Positions 14,573 to 20,000 of a stretch of DNA of 20,000 bases are shown here, piece by piece (position 1 is the stretch's first letter; every line of letters starts with the position of its first letter). Origin of the DNA: an uncultured virus (IMG/VR IMGVR_UViG_3300044825_001403) (Duplodnaviria; Heunggongvirae; Uroviricota; Caudoviricetes); the IMG/VR virus record IMGVR_UViG_3300044825_001403, positions 107,665-127,664 of that record; one strand, written 5' to 3'. The translations under genes were made by a program, and so were the position numbers. The notes beneath the pieces are model-generated. The model ran no database searches. It was not told where the DNA came from and saw nothing but the letters and a program-made list of their open reading frames with translations.

Positions 14573-14688
14573 AATTCGGATTTACCCCTGAGGCTGAGAT
14601 TCTCAACGCACGTCTGGCAATGCTTGGGTTTGTAATTGCTATTGGTACTTACTTCACTACTGGGCAAATTATTCCAAGTGTTTGGTGA
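14569..14688 (+). CDS. hli: high-light-inducible protein, 39 aa (not in ORF track)
   Basis: [39 protein letters not shown]; AExxN.RLAMLG and TGQIIP motifs; GAGGAG RBS. Confidence 0.93.
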   Translation: MKFGFTPEAEILNARLAMLGFVIAIGTYFTTGQIIPSVW

Positions 14689-14708
14689 TTAAAAAATAAA
14701 TAAAAGAT

Positions 14709-14731
14709 GAGGTCGAGAGACCTCTTTTTTT
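14709..14731 (+). terminator. intrinsic terminator
   Basis: GAGGTC-GAGA-GACCTC then T7. Confidence 0.85.
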
Positions 14732-14736
14732 ATGCA

Positions 14737-14744
14737 GATAAATA
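14737..14744 (+). promoter_or_regulatory. late promoter
   Basis: GATAAATA between the terminator and a structural gene. Confidence 0.65.
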
Positions 14745-14768
14745 ATATTTAAACGGGTTATTGTCTCA

Positions 14769-17700
14769 ATGTCTAGACTAAGAGCTGATAGAGTTGTCAA
14801 CAAAAATGCAAATGGTCCTTTTGAAGCAAGTGAAGGTATTAAAATACCATTAAATAAATCAATTACTATTGGAACTGATAGTGGTAGCACTGGGGACTTT
14901 TTAAAAAAATTAGGTAATAGTTTAGAATGGGGTAGTATTCCTCCCGCATCTCAAGCAGAACTTGGATTAGTTTATATTGGATCTGGATTAAATGTAGATG
15001 AAAACGGATTACTTACCACGCAATTTGATGGCACTCTTGGTGATTTGCAAGATGTTGATATAACTACAGATCCTCCAGTTATAGGGCAAGTTTTAAAATG
15101 GAATGGTACTAAATGGGTTCCTAATACAGATGCAGTTTTTTCTGGAGACTATCTAGACTTAATCAATTTACCCGAATTAACTTTAAATGCTATAACTGAA
15201 AATGGTAATGCCACGTTGAATGAAATTCTTATTGGTGGGTTGGGAGTTTATGATCCTACTAATACAGATAGAAATAGTTTTTATGAATGGAGCGGTGATA
15301 CTTATAATCAATATATTGAGACATTAACTAATCTAGGTAAATATAATATTACCATTGATGGTAATACAATTCTTTATGTTCATACCAAATCTGGGGATAA
15401 TAATCCAGGTGTTGGAATCAATAAAGTTCCTGCGTTTAAAGGTCTTGATGTAGCAGGTAATTTTGGATTGAATGGTAGTATTCATATTAATGAAAGTATT
15501 AGATATGTACAATCATTGGTTCCAGAATCTACTGCTACCAATATCGATTTAGGATCAACTACTAGATTGTGGAGATCTGGATATTTTCAAACTAGTGTAT
15601 TGATTGGTTCTGGCACAGATACTGGAACAGCCAATCAAAAACTTCAAGTTACTGGTGGTGCTTATGTTTCTGATAATGTAGGTATAGGATACACAGCACC
15701 AACAGATAAGTTGGCAGTTAATGGCAATGAATATGTTAATGGAAACATTACTTTAACTGGCGAACTTCGTGGTCCTTCTGTATTTGTAATTGATCCAGCG
15801 GTAGTTGGAAACAATACAGGAACAGTTCAAATTAAAGGTGATCTTCAAGTTGATGGAACGACCACCACAATTAATTCTACGATTACAAGTATTGCTGACC
15901 CTATCGTAGAACTAAGAAGAGGCAATTCTTTATTAGGTGCTGATGGTGGCATTCAAGTTAACTTAACGACCAATGGCACTGGCACTGTTACTTCATACCA
16001 GAGAGTACAATGGAACAATAGCAATACTCGCTGGGAAACAACTGACGGCACTACACCAAAACCAATTGTTAATACTGTAGATAACTTTACTGTTGGTGGT
16101 ACATTTACTTTTAACAATAACGTCACTTTTGGTGACGTAGTAACTGACACTATTACAGTAAACTCACAGTTTGTAAATGGAACTAAGCTTAGAACTGCAC
16201 AAAATATAAGCAACACTCTTGCATTGGCAGCATATGATGTTGATGGAACATCCTATACAGATTTAATTACATTAACTGCATCTAATACACCAACACTAAC
16301 ACTGGTTTCTACTGGAGTTGGTTCTATTAACAACATGAACATCGGTGCTACTACAAGAGCTACTGGTGCGTTCACAACTCTAGATGCTAATAGCACAACA
16401 ACGATCAATCCAGCAAACGCTAACGTATCTATTACTCCTTCTGGAACTGGAGTTTTAACAATTTCTTCTGGTGCAGTTGGTTCAATTAATAATGTAAATA
16501 TCGGTGCCACCACTAGAGGCACTGGTGCTTTCACAACTCTAGATGCTAACGGTACTGTTATTCTGGGAGATGCTTCTGCAGATACAGTTACTGTAAATGG
16601 AACTTCTACGTTTAATGCTGATGTTACCTTAAATACTAATCTTACTATAGGAAATGCTGATACTGATACAGTCACTATTTCTTCTCAATTTGCTGCAAGT
16701 ACCCAACTTAAAACTTCCAAGGGAACAAATGAAACATTAAATATTGCAGCTTATGATGTAGATGGAACTGCGTATACTAATTTAATTACTTTAACTGCAG
16801 CGAATAATCCTTTACTAACAATTAGTTCTGTTGCTACAGGTACAATTAATAACATGAGCATCGGTGCATCTACTAGAAGCACTGGTGCTTTTACTACATT
16901 GCAAGCAAATAGCACCACCACAATTAACCCAGCAAACGCTAACGTATCTATTACTCCTTCAGGAACTGGGGTTTTAACTATTTCTTCTGGTGCTGTAGGT
17001 GCTATTGACAATGTAAATATCGGTGCCAGCACTAGAGGTACTGGTGCATTTACAACATTAAATGCTAATGGTGATGTTACTCTCGGTGATGCATCAACTG
17101 ATAACGTAACAGTAAATGCAACTTCCACATTCAATTCTAGCGTTACTTTATCTGGTGTAACTTCTAATTTAATTGTTGGAGGTGAACTTCGTGGTCCTTC
17201 TGTATTTGTAATTGATCCTGCTGTTGTTGGTGATGATACAGGTCTTGTCAGAATTAAAGGTAATCTTGAAGTTCTTGGTACAACCACAACTATTAACTCA
17301 ACAGTAACTACAATTGCAGATCCTTTCCTTGAACTTCGTAGAGGTAATTCTTTAACCGCTGCGGATGGTGGTATTCAAGTTAATTTAACTACAGACGGTT
17401 CGGGAAATGTTACTTCATCTCAAACTATTCAATGGAATAATTCTTCATTGAGATGGGAAACTACCGATGGTACTACTGCAAAACCAATCGTTAATACAGT
17501 AGATAGTTTTACATTTGCGAGTTCTATTTCTTTTGATGCAAACGTAACATTAGGCAATGCTGTATCTGATACGATTACTGTAAACTCACAGTTTGTAAAT
17601 GGAACTCAATTTAGATCTTCGCAATCAAATGGCAACACACTTGCAATTGCTGCATATGATTTAGATGGAACTACTTATACTAATTTAATTACATTAACTG

Positions 17701-19283
17701 CATCTAATACTCCAACATTAACATTAGTTTCTACTGGTGTTGGTAGTATTGATAACATGAATATTGGTGCTACTACTAGAGGCACTGGTGCTTTTACAAC
17801 ATTAAGTGCCAACAATACCGTTAGCTTGTCTCCTGTTAATAATAATGTAACTATTTCTCCTACAGGCACAGGAGTTTTGACGTTATCTTCTGGTGCTGTA
17901 GGAACTCTTGACAACGTAAACATTGGTACTACCACAAGAGGTACTGGTGCATTTACTACTCTTAGTGCTAATGGTAATGTAATTCTAGGTGATGCTTCTG
18001 CGGATACTGTAACTATTAATGGAACAACAACCATCAATGCCCCACTAACATTTACAGGTGCTACATCACACTTAACATTAACTGGAGAATTACGTGGTCC
18101 AGCCACGTTTATTATTGACCCAGCAACTGTTGGTGATGACACTGGAATAGTTCAAATTAAAGGAAATCTTGAAGTTCTTGGAACTACTACAACAATTAAT
18201 TCTACAATCACTACTATTGCAGATCCAATTGTTGAACTTAGAAGAGGAAACTCTTTAACCGCTGCTGATGGTGGCATTCAAGTTAACTTAACAACAACTG
18301 GTGGCGGAGTAGTATCAACATATCAAAGAATTCAGTGGAACAATACAAACACTCGTTGGGAAACTACTGATGGCACTACTGTAAAACCAATCGTCAACAC
18401 AGTAGATAGCTTTACTTTTGCTAATACAATTAATTTTAACTCTAATGTAACTATTGGAGATGCTGTTTCTGATGTTATTACTATCAATTCTCAATTTGCA
18501 AATGGTTCAGAATTAAGAACAGGAACTTCTAGTGGCAATAATTATTCTCTTGCAGCATATGACGTAGATGGTGCCGCTTATGCAGATTTAATTACCTTAA
18601 CTGCATCTAATACACCAACTGTTAATATTATTTCTACTGGTGTTGGTACTATCGATAATATGAATATAGGTGCTACCACAAGAGGAACTGGGGCATTTAC
18701 AACTTTAGATGCGAATAGTACAGTTGTATTATCTCCAGCAAATGCTAATGTAACTATTTCGCCATCAGGAACTGGAACTGTTACAATTTCTCCAGCGGGT
18801 GGATTGACAATTGCTCCAGCTACATCACTATCTATCTCTCCTACAGTGGTGGGAACTATCAACAATGTAAACATTGGTGCCACTACTAGAGGTACTGGTG
18901 CATTTACAACTTTAGATGCTAATGGTAATGTAACATTAGGAGATGCTTCTGGTGATGCTATTAATATTAATGGTACTACTTTAGTAAATGCCCCTATGTC
19001 ATTTACTGGGGCTGCTTCGCATCTTACTTTAACTGGAGAACTTCGTGGTCCAGCTTCATTTATCATTGATCCAGCTACAGTAGGAGATGATACAGGAACT
19101 GTTACAATTAGGGGTAGTTTAACAGTTAATGGTGTTAATACTGCAGATAGACTAAAAAATACTGCTGCTCCTGCAACTGCATCGTCTACAGGAACTGCTG
19201 GCGACATTAGATATGCTAGTGGATTCCTGTATGTTTGTGTTGCTACAAATACCTGGCAGAGAGTGGCGATTGCTACTTGGTAA
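14769..19283 (+). CDS. large repetitive virion protein, tail-fibre-like
   Basis: 1504 aa, Thr/Gly/Asn-rich beta repeats, GQVLKWNGTKWVP motif, C-terminal PATASSTGTAGDIRY..YVCVATNTWQR..W; late promoter. Confidence 0.85.
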   Translation: MSRLRADRVVNKNANGPFEASEGIKIPLNKSITIGTDSGSTGDFLKKLGNSLEWGSIPPASQAELGLVYIGSGLNVDENGLLTTQFDGTLGDLQDVDITTDPPVIGQVLKWNGTKWVPNTDAVFSGDYLDLINLPELTLNAITENGNATLNEILIGGLGVYDPTNTDRNSFYEWSGDTYNQYIETLTNLGKYNITIDGNTILYVHTKSGDNNPGVGINKVPAFKGLDVAGNFGLNGSIHINESIRYVQSLVPESTATNIDLGSTTRLWRSGYFQTSVLIGSGTDTGTANQKLQVTGGAYVSDNVGIGYTAPTDKLAVNGNEYVNGNITLTGELRGPSVFVIDPAVVGNNTGTVQIKGDLQVDGTTTTINSTITSIADPIVELRRGNSLLGADGGIQVNLTTNGTGTVTSYQRVQWNNSNTRWETTDGTTPKPIVNTVDNFTVGGTFTFNNNVTFGDVVTDTITVNSQFVNGTKLRTAQNISNTLALAAYDVDGTSYTDLITLTASNTPTLTLVSTGVGSINNMNIGATTRATGAFTTLDANSTTTINPANANVSITPSGTGVLTISSGAVGSINNVNIGATTRGTGAFTTLDANGTVILGDASADTVTVNGTSTFNADVTLNTNLTIGNADTDTVTISSQFAASTQLKTSKGTNETLNIAAYDVDGTAYTNLITLTAANNPLLTISSVATGTINNMSIGASTRSTGAFTTLQANSTTTINPANANVSITPSGTGVLTISSGAVGAIDNVNIGASTRGTGAFTTLNANGDVTLGDASTDNVTVNATSTFNSSVTLSGVTSNLIVGGELRGPSVFVIDPAVVGDDTGLVRIKGNLEVLGTTTTINSTVTTIADPFLELRRGNSLTAADGGIQVNLTTDGSGNVTSSQTIQWNNSSLRWETTDGTTAKPIVNTVDSFTFASSISFDANVTLGNAVSDTITVNSQFVNGTQFRSSQSNGNTLAIAAYDLDGTTYTNLITLTASNTPTLTLVSTGVGSIDNMNIGATTRGTGAFTTLSANNTVSLSPVNNNVTISPTGTGVLTLSSGAVGTLDNVNIGTTTRGTGAFTTLSANGNVILGDASADTVTINGTTTINAPLTFTGATSHLTLTGELRGPATFIIDPATVGDDTGIVQIKGNLEVLGTTTTINSTITTIADPIVELRRGNSLTAADGGIQVNLTTTGGGVVSTYQRIQWNNTNTRWETTDGTTVKPIVNTVDSFTFANTINFNSNVTIGDAVSDVITINSQFANGSELRTGTSSGNNYSLAAYDVDGAAYADLITLTASNTPTVNIISTGVGTIDNMNIGATTRGTGAFTTLDANSTVVLSPANANVTISPSGTGTVTISPAGGLTIAPATSLSISPTVVGTINNVNIGATTRGTGAFTTLDANGNVTLGDASGDAININGTTLVNAPMSFTGAASHLTLTGELRGPASFIIDPATVGDDTGTVTIRGSLTVNGVNTADRLKNTAAPATASSTGTAGDIRYASGFLYVCVATNTWQRVAIATW
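15755..19135 (+). repeat. nested intragenic repeats in the fibre gene
   Basis: GELRGP..IDPA module x4 (about 15762, 17184, 18087, 19038), AAYD.DG module x4, IG..TR.TGAFTTL.AN module x8. Confidence 0.9.
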
Positions 19284-19306
19284 CAAAAGGACAGTTGATC
19301 GACTGA

Positions 19307-19344
19307 CCCCTTGACAGGGGAGGGAACCCGTGCTATTATAAATA
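19307..19344 (+). promoter_or_regulatory. composite psbA promoter (sigma70 plus late)
   Basis: CCCC-TTGACA-GGGG, 17-bp spacer, TGc-TATTAT 19334-19339 overlapping TATAAATA 19337-19344. Confidence 0.85.
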
Positions 19345-19345
19345 T

Positions 19346-19373
19346 TGTTAGGAAATGGAAACATTTCTTAACA
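19346..19373 (+). promoter_or_regulatory. 5'-terminal hairpin of the psbA leader
   Basis: TGTTAGGAAATG-GAAA-CATTTCTTAACA, 12 bp with one G-U pair and a GNRA loop. Confidence 0.65.
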
Positions 19374-19403
19374 TACTTTTTAAACCTTACTGTCTTAATA
19401 ACT

Positions 19404-20000
19404 ATGACTGCTACTCTCGCTCAAAAGCGTGAAAGCAACACTTGGGAACAGTTCTGTGAGTGGGTGACTTCTACCAACAATCGTCTTTACGTTGGTTGGT
19501 TTGGAACTCTAATGATTCCTACCCTGCTCGCTGCTACTATCTGTTTCATCGTTGCCTTCATTGCTGCACCTCCCGTTGACATCGACGGTATTCGTGAACC
19601 TGTTGCTGGTTCACTTCTTTATGGAAATAACATCATCTCTGGTGCTGTTGTTCCTTCTAGCAATGCTATCGGACTTCACTTCTATCCTATTTGGGAAGCT
19701 GCTTCTCTCGATGAGTGGCTATATAATGGTGGACCATTTCAACTGGTCGTCTTCCACTTTCTGATTGGTATCTATGCCTACATGGGTCGTGAATGGGAAC
19801 TATCTTACCGACTGGGTATGCGTCCTTGGATTTGTGTTGCCTACTCTGCACCCGTTGCTGCTGCTTCTGCAGTGTTCCTGGTCTATCCCTTTGGTCAAGG
19901 ATCCTTCAGTGACGCAATGCCTCTTGGGATTTCGGGAACTTTCAACTACATGCTTGTTTTCCAGGCAGAACACAACATTCTTATGCATCCTTTCCACATG
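19404..20000 (+). CDS. psbA: photosystem II D1 protein (5' part, 199 codons, runs off window)
   Basis: [77 protein letters not shown]. Confidence 0.98.
   Translation, partial: MTATLAQKRESNTWEQFCEWVTSTNNRLYVGWFGTLMIPTLLAATICFIVAFIAAPPVDIDGIREPVAGSLLYGNNIISGAVVPSSNAIGLHFYPIWEAASLDEWLYNGGPFQLVVFHFLIGIYAYMGREWELSYRLGMRPWICVAYSAPVAAASAVFLVYPFGQGSFSDAMPLGISGTFNYMLVFQAEHNILMHPFHM

Noticed and set aside
15953..19207. Several antisense ORFs and DNA repeats in the fibre gene, considered as genes, a CRISPR array or a DGR template/variable pair
   Set aside because: The ORFs are antisense shadows. The repeats are in-frame protein modules differing mainly at synonymous sites, with no spacer periodicity, no adenine-specific pattern and no reverse transcriptase in the window.
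19345..19403. PhotoRC-II RNA motif upstream of psbA
   Set aside because: The leader is only about 58 nt with a single hairpin, too little to support the call without an Rfam search.
19552..19997. ORF-track entries 19552-19764 (+) and 19800-19997 (-)
   Set aside because: Off-frame or antisense to psbA, which the track missed because it has no stop within the window.

Overview
A 20-kb AT-rich segment of a T4-like cyanomyovirus (probably a freshwater Synechococcus/Cyanobium-type phage; inferred). In order it carries: virion/structural and conserved hypothetical genes; DNA primase (gp61); class Ia ribonucleotide reductase nrdA-nrdB; a PD-(D/E)XK nuclease; a cell-wall-enzyme region (C39-like peptidase, GH24 lysozyme, convergent SNase-like nuclease and small membrane proteins, RlpA-like protein); four tRNA genes with a manA-like multi-pseudoknot RNA; an SLH-domain outer-membrane protein; a photosynthesis island (hli, petF, hli); a 1504-aa repetitive fibre-like protein; and the 5' part of psbA. 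The two best observations are (1) a probable programmed -1 ribosomal frameshift (A_AAA_AAG, stop codon, perfect 12-bp hairpin) fusing the C39 peptidase to a lysozyme domain that has no start codon ahead of its catalytic residues, and (2) a tRNA-Arg gene with a structured 46-nt insert in the anticodon loop. All family assignments come from motif recognition by eye; no searches were run.
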